64,000 nucleotides of DNA, taken from positions 1,839,751-1,903,750 of the forward strand of contig CBDEVI010000002.1 of NCBI GenBank assembly GCA_965243625.1, given 5' to 3'. Numbering within the stretch: position 1 is the stretch's first letter; every line of letters starts with the position of its first letter. This document shows, one piece after another, positions 55,057-62,726 of the stretch. This DNA is from Chloroflexota bacterium (GTDB taxonomy: Bacteria > Chloroflexota > UBA11872). The position numbers and the translations under genes were made by a program. Under the pieces are notes generated by a model. That model was not told the DNA's origin. It did no database searches and saw only the letters and a program-made list of their open reading frames with translations.

Positions 55057-55959
55057 GTGGACCAACGCGGATTCGGCTTCGGCGGTGCGCTGATCCTTGT
55101 CGGGATCGTTGCTCTGCTGTGGAATTTCGACGTCCTTCCCGACCGCTTCTGGCCCGTGGCCTGGTCACTGTGGCCAGTTGCACTGGTGGCGGTGGGCGCC
55201 GGGCTGGCGCTCTCGCGGATGCGCGCCTGGCTGGGATCGACGGCGTTTCTGGTCGTTCTGATTGCCGGATTCGGCACGGCGTGGGGCCTGGCGGCCGCCG
55301 GGCAAGGGCCGGTCCTTCACCGTCAGACGATCGCCGTGGAACTGGGGCGTGCCACCGCCGCGCGCTTGGAAATACACGTGGGGGCAGGCTCGCTCTCCCT
55401 AGGCGCGCAGGCGCCGACCAATCTGCTGGTCGCCGGCAAGCTGGAATCGCGCGCGGTCGACCACGCCTACGCAATCACCGAATCGCATCAGCCCGGCGGT
55501 CGGAGCGTCGTAACGCTCGGAAGTGCGCCCGGTCGGGAATTCTCGTTTTGGCCCGGCCATGACCCGTCCGAGGACTGGACGCTGCATCTCACGCCGGACA
55601 TTCCCACCGAGATCCGCGTGGAGGCCGGCGCCGCGGACATCGACCTGGATCTTCGCGACCTCATCCTCCAGCGCCTCGAGATCGAGGGCGGCGCCGCCGA
55701 CATTGACGTGGTGATGCCTGCCGCCGCCGGAACCACCGAAGCCAGCATCGAGGTGGGCGCGGCCAGCCTGCGGATCACCGTGCCGCAGGGAGTGGCGGCG
55801 CGGATCGAAGTCGATGCCGGGCTCTCCAGCGTGCGGATCAACGAGAGCCGATTTCCAAAAGTCTCCGACGACGTTTACATTTCGCCGGATTTCGATCGCG
55901 CCGCCAACCGCGTCGATATCTCAATCGACGCCGGCGCCAGCCACGTTGAGATTCGCTGA
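55057..55959 (+). CDS. Toastrack/LiaF-C-like (DUF4097/DUF2154 'putative adhesin') membrane protein, partner of the PspC protein
   Basis: Two N-terminal TM helices, then beta-rich repeats with regularly spaced 'GAADIDL/GAADIDV/GAASLRI/DAGASHVEI' strands typical of toastrack domains. It starts 7 nt after the pspC-like stop. Confidence 0.6.
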   Translation: MDQRGFGFGGALILVGIVALLWNFDVLPDRFWPVAWSLWPVALVAVGAGLALSRMRAWLGSTAFLVVLIAGFGTAWGLAAAGQGPVLHRQTIAVELGRATAARLEIHVGAGSLSLGAQAPTNLLVAGKLESRAVDHAYAITESHQPGGRSVVTLGSAPGREFSFWPGHDPSEDWTLHLTPDIPTEIRVEAGAADIDLDLRDLILQRLEIEGGAADIDVVMPAAAGTTEASIEVGAASLRITVPQGVAARIEVDAGLSSVRINESRFPKVSDDVYISPDFDRAANRVDISIDAGASHVEIR

Positions 55960-55972
55960 GGGAGCATCCGCC

Positions 55973-56683
55973 ATGACGAACTTGCCGGACTCGGAAGTCA
56001 AGAAGCTGCTGGCCGCCACGTCCACGGCCACGCTCACCCACCTGCTGCAGCAGCGCGGCTATCGCAACGTCTATTTCAGCGGGCTGAGCCCGGTCGGAGC
56101 GGCCGTGCGGGCGATCGGCCGAGCGCGCACGCTGCGCTACACGCCCCACCGGCCCGATCTCTATCCGGAGGACCTATCGCAGAATCCGCAACGCCTGGCG
56201 ATCGAGTCGGTCGAGCCCGGCGAGGTGCTGGTGGTGGAGGCCGGAGGCGAACTGGGCGCCGGGGTGCTGGGCGACATCCTGCTCACGCGGGTAGCCAAGC
56301 GCGGCGGCGCGGCGTTCGTGGTGGATGGGGCGGTGCGAGACCCCGAGGCTATCGGGCAACTGGAGATGCCGGTGTTCGTGCGGGGCATTCACGGCGCGGC
56401 GCACATGCGCGACCTGGTGCCGATCGGACATGACGTGCCGGTTCGCTGCGCCGGGTGCACCGTGGTGCCGGGCGACTGGATCGTGTGCGATGCGAACGGC
56501 GCGGCCGTGGTGCCGCCGGTAGTCGCGGCCGAAGTCGCCGCGGAGGGCGCGGACATGGACCTCAAGGAGGAGTACGTCCTCGAATTGATCGATGGCGGTG
56601 CGTCCACCGTCGACGTCTATCCGCCCACTGAGGACAACATGCAGGGCTTCCCCGCGTGGAAAGCCGCGCGGGGACACAAGTAG
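55973..56683 (+). CDS. RraA-family protein (RNase E inhibitor RraA / 4-hydroxy-4-methyl-2-oxoglutarate aldolase family)
   Basis: 'GEVLVVEAGGELGAGVLGDILLTRVAKRGGAAFVVDGAVRDPEAIGQLEMPVFVRG' matches the RraA/DlpA core. The start is at the Met of 'MTNLPDSE'. Confidence 0.8.
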   Translation: MTNLPDSEVKKLLAATSTATLTHLLQQRGYRNVYFSGLSPVGAAVRAIGRARTLRYTPHRPDLYPEDLSQNPQRLAIESVEPGEVLVVEAGGELGAGVLGDILLTRVAKRGGAAFVVDGAVRDPEAIGQLEMPVFVRGIHGAAHMRDLVPIGHDVPVRCAGCTVVPGDWIVCDANGAAVVPPVVAAEVAAEGADMDLKEEYVLELIDGGASTVDVYPPTEDNMQGFPAWKAARGHK

Positions 56684-56769
56684 TCGCGCCCACAGCCTGG
56701 AGACCTTCCAACTTGGAGGCAGGGGGCGACGCATGCGTCGCCCCTACGCACGGGCTAACAGGTTGACCG

Positions 56770-56915
56770 TCCGCTGATTTCCCGCCCCCAGGTTCAATGA
56801 CGGGTGGATTCCCGCCCCGTATCAAGTACGGGGCAGGCTCTTCGCGGGAATGACGGAGAGGTTACGCAAAGGTCTCCCTTCGCGGGAATGACGGAGGGGT
56901 TAGGCAGAGGTTTCC
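56770..56915. repeat. MITE/REP-like composite repeat (near-identical to 50770-50915)
   Basis: 'ccccaggttcaatgacGGGTGGATTCCCGCCCCGTATCAAGTACGGGGCAGGctCTTCGCGGGAATGACGGAGAGgttacgcaaaggtctcCCTTCGCGGGAATGACGGAGGGG'. The first 58 codons of track ORF 56804..57415 derive from it. Confidence 0.6.
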
Positions 56916-56977
56916 TACCTGGGGATACTGAGGCATATGGCGTCGGCCGGCGGCACAAGTCCAGTGGACATCAACGC

Positions 56978-57415
56978 ATGACGCAGCACTCGATCGTCGG
57001 AGTGTGGCGGCTTGTGTCGTACGAGTCGCGACCGGAGTCCGGAGCGACTCGGCTGCCGTATGGCGAGCAAGTCAGCGGCTACCTGATCTATACGCCTCAG
57101 GGCTACATGTCGGTGACGATCATGGGCGCCAATCGGGCAGACCTCGCCTCCGAGGACCGCCTCGCAGGCACGCCCGACGAGTACGCCCGAGCCATGAAGT
57201 CCTATGTGTCCTACTGCGGGCGCTACACGTTGCTGCCCGACCGCGTCGTCCACCACATCGAGCTCAGCCACTTTCCGAATTGGTGCGGCGTGGACCAAGA
57301 GCGCTTCTACGAGCTCGAGGGTGATCGCCTGAAGCTGCGAACGCCGCCATTCGTGCTCGGCGGCGTCGAGCAGACCGCGAATCTGGTCTTGGAGCGCGTG
57401 CGGGACGGCGAGTAG
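56978..57415 (+). CDS. Lipocalin-like-domain protein (small beta-barrel, DUF1794-like)
   Basis: 'SIVGVWRLVSYESRPESGA…PYGEQVSGYLIYTPQGYMSVTIMGANRADLASE…YVSYCGRYTLLPDRVVHHIELSHFPNW' follows the lipocalin-like 'GxWxL' start. 145 aa. Confidence 0.55.
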   Translation: MTQHSIVGVWRLVSYESRPESGATRLPYGEQVSGYLIYTPQGYMSVTIMGANRADLASEDRLAGTPDEYARAMKSYVSYCGRYTLLPDRVVHHIELSHFPNWCGVDQERFYELEGDRLKLRTPPFVLGGVEQTANLVLERVRDGE

Positions 57416-57497
57416 CGCCACCGGGACGACGCTCGCGACCGCGGGCGACTCGTGCCGGCGCGTACGATGCGCTGAGGCGTGAGACGGGGAGTCCTCA

Positions 57498-58652
57498 GTG
57501 AGCTATCCGCTGGCCTTCTCCAAGAGCGAATTCGAGCGCCGCGCCGCCGCGGTCACCACACGCATGCGCGATGTCGGATTGGACGCGCTGATTGCGTATT
57601 CGGTTCGCAATAGCCAGGGCCCGGTGGCCTACCTTGGCGGCTACGAGCCCGACCTGGGCCTGCACGACGTGTCGTATTTCCTGTTGATCCCCGGCGGGCG
57701 GCCCGACGCCGTCCTGGTGACCAATGGGTTCTGGGACGATCCGGCCTCGCGGACGTGGGTCGACGACGTGGTGATCTCCTACAAGTTCGAGTCGAGCCTG
57801 CCGGAGCTGCTGCCGAGCGCGGCATCGCGGATCGGCGTCGCGGGATTCGACTACCTGCCCGCTCCGGTCTATCTGGGCCTGAAGGCGGCTCACCCGCAGT
57901 GCGAGATCGTGGACGCCACGCGCCTGGTGAAGGAAGTCGCGCAGATCAAGAGTCCGGCCGAGATCGAGGTGATTCGCACCTGCATGTCGATCAACGATTG
58001 CGGGGGGCGGGCATTCCTTGCGAACGTCCACGAGGGCGCGAACGAGCGGTTGCTGCAAGTTGCCGTCGACCAAGCCCTGTTGCAGGCGGGCGCCGACGGC
58101 CTCTACTACAACCCGCAGATCTACAGCGGAGCGAGCGTGGCGCACGGCATGGGCATGCGCACGGACCGAGTCCTCCAGGCAGGCGACCAGGTGCAGGTGG
58201 ACTGCGGGGCGATGTATCGCGGCTACCGGGGCGATCTCTCGCGGGTCACCACCGTCGGCCGCGCGTCGCCGGAGGTCAGGCGCATCATGGAGGCCACGGC
58301 GCTGATGTACGAAGCCATGGTGGAGTCGCTGCGCCCGGGAACGGCCGCGGCCGACGTGGCCCGCGCGGGGATTCGAGTGGCGGAAGCCAATGGGCTCGGC
58401 GACGGCCTGTATCGCCCGACGCCGGACCATCCGCCGGGCATGCTGGGCCACGGCATCGGCTGCTGGGTGCACGAGCTGCCGGACATTCAACTCGATTCGA
58501 CCGACGTGATTCAGCCCGGCATGGTGGTGGTGTTCGAGACCATCCTGGGACGGCCTGGCACCGGCGGGGCGAAGATCGAGGACGCCGTGCTGGTGACCGA
58601 TGGCGCGCCCGAACGGCTTTCCAGCATCCCGGTGCGCACGTGGCCGCTGTGA
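57498..58652 (+). CDS. M24-family metallopeptidase (Xaa-Pro aminopeptidase/creatinase-like; creatinase N-domain plus pita-bread fold)
   Basis: 'GDQVQVDCGAMYRGYRGDLSRVTTVG' (DxG...D metal ligands), 'HGIGCWVHELP' (His, Glu) and 'GMVVVFET' (Glu). Confidence 0.8.
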   Translation: MSYPLAFSKSEFERRAAAVTTRMRDVGLDALIAYSVRNSQGPVAYLGGYEPDLGLHDVSYFLLIPGGRPDAVLVTNGFWDDPASRTWVDDVVISYKFESSLPELLPSAASRIGVAGFDYLPAPVYLGLKAAHPQCEIVDATRLVKEVAQIKSPAEIEVIRTCMSINDCGGRAFLANVHEGANERLLQVAVDQALLQAGADGLYYNPQIYSGASVAHGMGMRTDRVLQAGDQVQVDCGAMYRGYRGDLSRVTTVGRASPEVRRIMEATALMYEAMVESLRPGTAAADVARAGIRVAEANGLGDGLYRPTPDHPPGMLGHGIGCWVHELPDIQLDSTDVIQPGMVVVFETILGRPGTGGAKIEDAVLVTDGAPERLSSIPVRTWPL

Positions 58653-58704
58653 AATCGGTGGTAGCGTACGCGTCGGCTGCCTCGTGCCGACGTAAGGTCC
58701 CCGC

Positions 58705-60357
58705 ATGAAAACCACGGTCGCGATTGCCCACATCCTGCAGGCCGAGGGCATTGAGTTCCTCAGCGCCTACCCAACCACGCCCGTGATCGAGGCGGTGGCC
58801 GAAGTCGGCATCCGCCCGGTCATCTGCCGGCAGGAGCGCGTGGGCGTGGACATCGCCGACGGGTTTTCGCGGGTCACCAACGGCAATCCGCCCGGCGTGT
58901 TCGCGATGCAGTACGGACCGGGCGCGGAGAACGCGTTTTCCGGCATCGCCACGGCCTTCACCGACGCGTCGCCGCTGCTGGTGCTGCCGCTGGGACAGCC
59001 GGGGGATCGCGAAGGGGTGGCTCCCTTGTTCAGCTCCGTACGCGCCTATGCCCCGATCACGACGTCCATTCAGCGCTTGAATGCACCCGAGGACGTCGCG
59101 GATCGGATGCGGCGGGCATTCGCGGCGCTGCGCATGGGTCCCGGCGGACCCGTCATGCTCGAGATTCCCGCCGACGTGGCCGAGGCCGAGGTGGACGACG
59201 CCATTCCGGCCGGCTATCGACCGGTGCGACCCGTGGTGGCGGCCCCGAATCCACACGACGTCCGACGCGCCGCGCAGGCATTGCTCGACGCCCGTCACCC
59301 GGTGCTCCTCGCCGGACAAGGCGCGCTCTACGCAGGCGCGAGCGGCGAGCTTATCGAGCTCGCGGAGCTGCTCGGCGTGCCGGTGGCGACGACCATGGCC
59401 GGCAAGAGCGCATTCCCGGAAAAGCATCCGCTGGCCCTCGGCAGCGTATCGGGCGTGATGAACGAGGCCGCTCGGCACTTCGTGCAGCAGGCGGATGTCG
59501 TGTGCGGAATCGGCACCAGCTTCACCAGGCACATCATGTCAATGCCCATTCCGGCCGGGACGACCATCATTCAGCTGACCAACAACCCGCGCGACGTCGC
59601 CAAGGACTACGACGTCGACGTGGCGGCGGTCGGCGACGCGAAGCTGGCGCTGCGCAGCCTCGTGCACGCGTGTCGCGATCTCATGGGTGGGAGCTCGAGC
59701 GCCCGCGATGGAGCGCCGGCCGACGAGATCGAGCAGCTGCGGCGCGGCTGGCTGAGCGACTGGATGCCGAAGCTGGCCTCGGACGCAAAGCCCATCAATC
59801 CCTACCGGGTCATCTGGGAATTCATGCAGCGGGTCGACCCGGACGAGGCCATCGTGACGCACGACTCGGGGAGCCCGCGCGACCAGATCATGCCGTTCTA
59901 CCAGGCCGGCGGACCGCGGACGTATCTCGGGTGGGGCAAGTCGCACGGGCTGGGCACGGGCCTGGGCCTGAGTCTCGGCGCCAAGCTCGCGGCCCCCGAT
60001 AAGTTCGTCGTCAACTACATGGGCGACGCCGCCTTCGGGATGACCGGGCTCGACATCGAGACGGCCGTGCGCTGCAAGATTCCGATTCTGACCATCGTGC
60101 TCAACAACTCGTCAATGGCCATCGAGGCCCGCCATCTGCCGCTCTCGCACGCGAAATACGGTACGCGAGACATCGGCGGCGACTATGCGGACATGGCGGC
60201 GGCCATGGGGGCGTGGAGCGAACGCGTGGACGAGCCGGACGACGTCGGCCCGGCCCTGGAGCGAGCCAGACGCGCAACGGAAGACGGACGCACGGCGTTG
60301 CTGGAGTTCATCACCAGCGAGGAGATCACGTTTTCGAACAAGAATGTGATTAGCTAG
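58705..60357 (+). CDS. Thiamine-pyrophosphate-dependent enzyme (acetolactate-synthase/benzoylformate-decarboxylase/sulfoacetaldehyde-acetyltransferase-like)
   Basis: 550 aa in three domains: an N-terminal Pyr domain ('GVFAMQYGPGAENAFSGIATAFTDASPLLVL'), a central domain ('HPVLLAGQGAL…GVPVATTMAGKSAFPEKHP') and a C-terminal PP domain ('YMGDAAFGMTGLDIETAVRCKIPILTIVLNNS', the GDGx24NN motif). Confidence 0.8.
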   Translation: MKTTVAIAHILQAEGIEFLSAYPTTPVIEAVAEVGIRPVICRQERVGVDIADGFSRVTNGNPPGVFAMQYGPGAENAFSGIATAFTDASPLLVLPLGQPGDREGVAPLFSSVRAYAPITTSIQRLNAPEDVADRMRRAFAALRMGPGGPVMLEIPADVAEAEVDDAIPAGYRPVRPVVAAPNPHDVRRAAQALLDARHPVLLAGQGALYAGASGELIELAELLGVPVATTMAGKSAFPEKHPLALGSVSGVMNEAARHFVQQADVVCGIGTSFTRHIMSMPIPAGTTIIQLTNNPRDVAKDYDVDVAAVGDAKLALRSLVHACRDLMGGSSSARDGAPADEIEQLRRGWLSDWMPKLASDAKPINPYRVIWEFMQRVDPDEAIVTHDSGSPRDQIMPFYQAGGPRTYLGWGKSHGLGTGLGLSLGAKLAAPDKFVVNYMGDAAFGMTGLDIETAVRCKIPILTIVLNNSSMAIEARHLPLSHAKYGTRDIGGDYADMAAAMGAWSERVDEPDDVGPALERARRATEDGRTALLEFITSEEITFSNKNVIS

Positions 60358-60396
60358 GCGCCCTGCCATGCCGGTCGTCTCCGCAGCGCCACTCGT

Positions 60397-60478
60397 GTCA
60401 TTCCGAAACGAAGTGAGGAATCCAAGGACGTTGTGCCTTCTCGCTGCTCCTTAGATTCCTCGCGTTGCTCGGAATGAC
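60397..60478. repeat. Long imperfect inverted repeat GTCATTCCGAAACGAAGTGAGGAATC…GATTCCTCGCGTTGCTCGGAATGAC between convergent genes
   Basis: ~25-bp arms around a ~30-nt loop. It is a variant of the GTCATTCC…GGAATGAC palindrome family and may act as a transcription terminator. Confidence 0.45.
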
Positions 60479-60521
60479 AAATCAAACCGACAAGCGTCGC
60501 GTAAATCCCGCAGCTGACTAG

Positions 60522-61337
60522 TCAGCCACACGGCTCGATATCGACGACCAGCAGCGATTCCTCGTTGCCGGCGTTTTTCGCCAGCAGTTCGCCGCCCGGG
60601 CCGAAGACCGCCGACCGGCCGGTGACCCGGTGCGGCCAATTTGGGCGCTCATCGAAGTCGCCGCGCGGGTCCTTGGCGTCGAGGTAGAGCGCAAACACCC
60701 CCAGCCGTTCGGCCAGGTCCTCGGCACGGCGCTTGAGCGTGTCGCGCTGGTTGAAGTCCAAGATTTCGTCCCATGAATCCCCGGCATCCTGGAAATCCTT
60801 GATGCAGTCGAAGTGCGGCTCGACGATGACGCGAGCGCCCTGACCCACGAGCGTGTCGTGGATGGCGGGGGACTCGTTGTCGGCGCAGATGGTCACGCCA
60901 ATGGTGTGTGGGCCAAGCCGGAATGGCGCCATGTCGTCGCCGCCGCCGCGGTAGAAGTCCATTTCGCTGGTGGTCGGTTGCAGCTTGCGCTGGACGTGCC
61001 GCACGCCGTCGCCGTCCACGATGACGTACGCATTGAACGGCTTTTGCGCGAGCCCGCGTTCGGCAATGCCGACGCCGATCGCCAGACCAAGTCGCGCCGC
61101 GAGTCGCGCCAGCCGCTCGGTCGAGGGGCCGGGAATCGGCTCAGATCGCGTCTCCAGGTCGTCGAGGTCGGCGTCCGCGTCGTAGGTCACCCAGGGACCG
61201 TGCACGGAGAATTCGGGGAAGAGCACCAGGTTGCACCCGGCGGCGGCCGCCTGCTCCGCGAAGGCTTCGATCTTCTCCAAATTCGCGTCCCGCTGCCCGC
61301 GCAGCGAGCACAGGGTGACCATGCCGATTCGCATCAA
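60522..61337 (-). CDS. Carbon-nitrogen hydrolase family protein (nitrilase/amidase superfamily)
   Basis: 'LVLFPEFSVHG' (catalytic Glu), 'RHVQRKLQP' (Lys) and 'IGVTICADNESP' (Cys nucleophile). 271 aa. Confidence 0.8.
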   Translation of the reverse strand: MMRIGMVTLCSLRGQRDANLEKIEAFAEQAAAAGCNLVLFPEFSVHGPWVTYDADADLDDLETRSEPIPGPSTERLARLAARLGLAIGVGIAERGLAQKPFNAYVIVDGDGVRHVQRKLQPTTSEMDFYRGGGDDMAPFRLGPHTIGVTICADNESPAIHDTLVGQGARVIVEPHFDCIKDFQDAGDSWDEILDFNQRDTLKRRAEDLAERLGVFALYLDAKDPRGDFDERPNWPHRVTGRSAVFGPGGELLAKNAGNEESLLVVDIEPCG

Positions 61338-61790
61338 GGCCTCGATCGCGGCGGTTCCGACGCCCGCTAAGCCTCACACAGGCGGAGACTGCCTGCGTAT
61401 CGGGAACTCCGCCGAACGCTTGGCAAGACGCCGCTCGTTTTCGGGGGGTGGCGCGGGTGGTGAGCCATCGCGGCCGACGACTCGCGAATCGAGGCACGTC
61501 GTGCACGGTTTTCCGCGTGACAGTGGCTATGCTTACAGTCGTACCAGCCAACGTGCGGCGACTCTTGGGCTGGGCGTGTAGGGCTGAAGCTCATTCCACC
61601 CGCCGCGAGCAGTGCCGGGATGGGCGCCGGGGCAGGTCATGCGATCTATCGGGCGGCCTCGAGACGACGACTGGAACGCGCGACGAGGCGCGAACCCGCG
61701 TCCAGCCGGGTGAGAATCCCGCCGCACGTCGCGTGGTTGTCGAACGGCTAGGGCCTTAGGTCCTGCCCTTTCATGGACGGAGCATGTGCC

Positions 61791-62384
61791 ATGGCCCGCT
61801 TGGCGATTTTCATTGATGGCGCGTACCTGGAGTCGGTGCTCAAGTACGAGTTCGGCGGCGTTCGGATCGATCTGACGAAGCTCGTCGATGAGATTCAGAA
61901 CCACGTCGAGGACAACAGCCCGGATCCCGTCGAAGTCCTGCGGACGTACTACTACAACTGCCGTCCGTATCAGAGCGACCCCCCAACGCCGGAGGAGTTG
62001 GATCGATACTCGAACTCCCGGCGCTTCGAGGACGCGCTGCGCTATCTGCCCCGCTTCGAGGTGAGACTGGGCTATCTCCGCAAGAGCGGCATCGACGAGT
62101 GGGGAAACCCGGTGTTCGAGCAAAAGCAGGTCGATCTGCTGCTCGGCCTTGACATGGCGCTGCTCGCCAGTCGGCGGCAGGTGCAGCACGTGGCGCTCGT
62201 GGCCGGCGACGGGGACCTCTATCCCGCCGTGCAGGTCCTCAAGAGCGAGGGGGCCATTGCGTGGCTGATCCACGGGCCCCGCCAAGGCAGCGACGGGCGC
62301 CCGATGTACTCGTCAAATCTCTTCAAAGCCGCGGACGAGCGATTCGAGCTGGATGAAGAGCTGATCGACCGTCTGCGGATGTAG
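61791..62384 (+). CDS. NYN-domain (LabA/DUF88-like, PIN-fold) predicted ribonuclease
   Basis: 'MARLAIFIDGAYLESVLK…IDLTKLVDEI', 'VDLLLGLDMALLA' and 'HVALVAGDGDLYPAVQVLKSEGAI' reproduce the conserved acidic positions of NYN/LabA proteins. The start is at the Met at 61791; the track ORF starts at 61773. Confidence 0.75.
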   Translation: MARLAIFIDGAYLESVLKYEFGGVRIDLTKLVDEIQNHVEDNSPDPVEVLRTYYYNCRPYQSDPPTPEELDRYSNSRRFEDALRYLPRFEVRLGYLRKSGIDEWGNPVFEQKQVDLLLGLDMALLASRRQVQHVALVAGDGDLYPAVQVLKSEGAIAWLIHGPRQGSDGRPMYSSNLFKAADERFELDEELIDRLRM

Positions 62385-62443
62385 GCAAGGTCCGCGGACT
62401 CACTTTCCCGCGCGTGGTGGCCGTTGCCTAGTCTCTCCGTCAT

Positions 62444-62614
62444 TCCCACGGAGCCTGCGCCTGCCAAGGCGGTGAGCCGGAATCCAGTCCAGTCGAATCT
62501 GGCGGCGCGCCGGATGCCTGGCCTCGGGCGGGTCACAGACCCGCCCCTACCATGGTTGGGGTACCCATTGCACCCCACGATCCCGCCCCGGTAGGGGCGG
62601 GTTTCCAACCGGCC
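62444..62614. repeat. Composite repeat: GTCATTCC-type half, 'ccggaatccagtccagtcgaatctggcggcgc' module, hairpin GGGCGGGTCACAGACCCGCCCCTACC and its inverted partner GGTAGGGGCGGGTTTCCAACCGGCCC
   Basis: 62444-62560 is collinear with 1661-1753. The two 'CGCCCCTACC / GGTAGGGGCG' copies (62541-62550 and 62589-62598) face each other across ~40 nt. Confidence 0.55.
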
Positions 62615-62726
62615 CGTCCGCGGACGCAGCCGGCGGCATAGGGTACGTTCCAGACGACACCGGACGCCCCGGGGCCCGTAGGGGCTCCGTTCACCAGACT
62701 CAAGCCGTCGATGGGGGAGCCACCTG

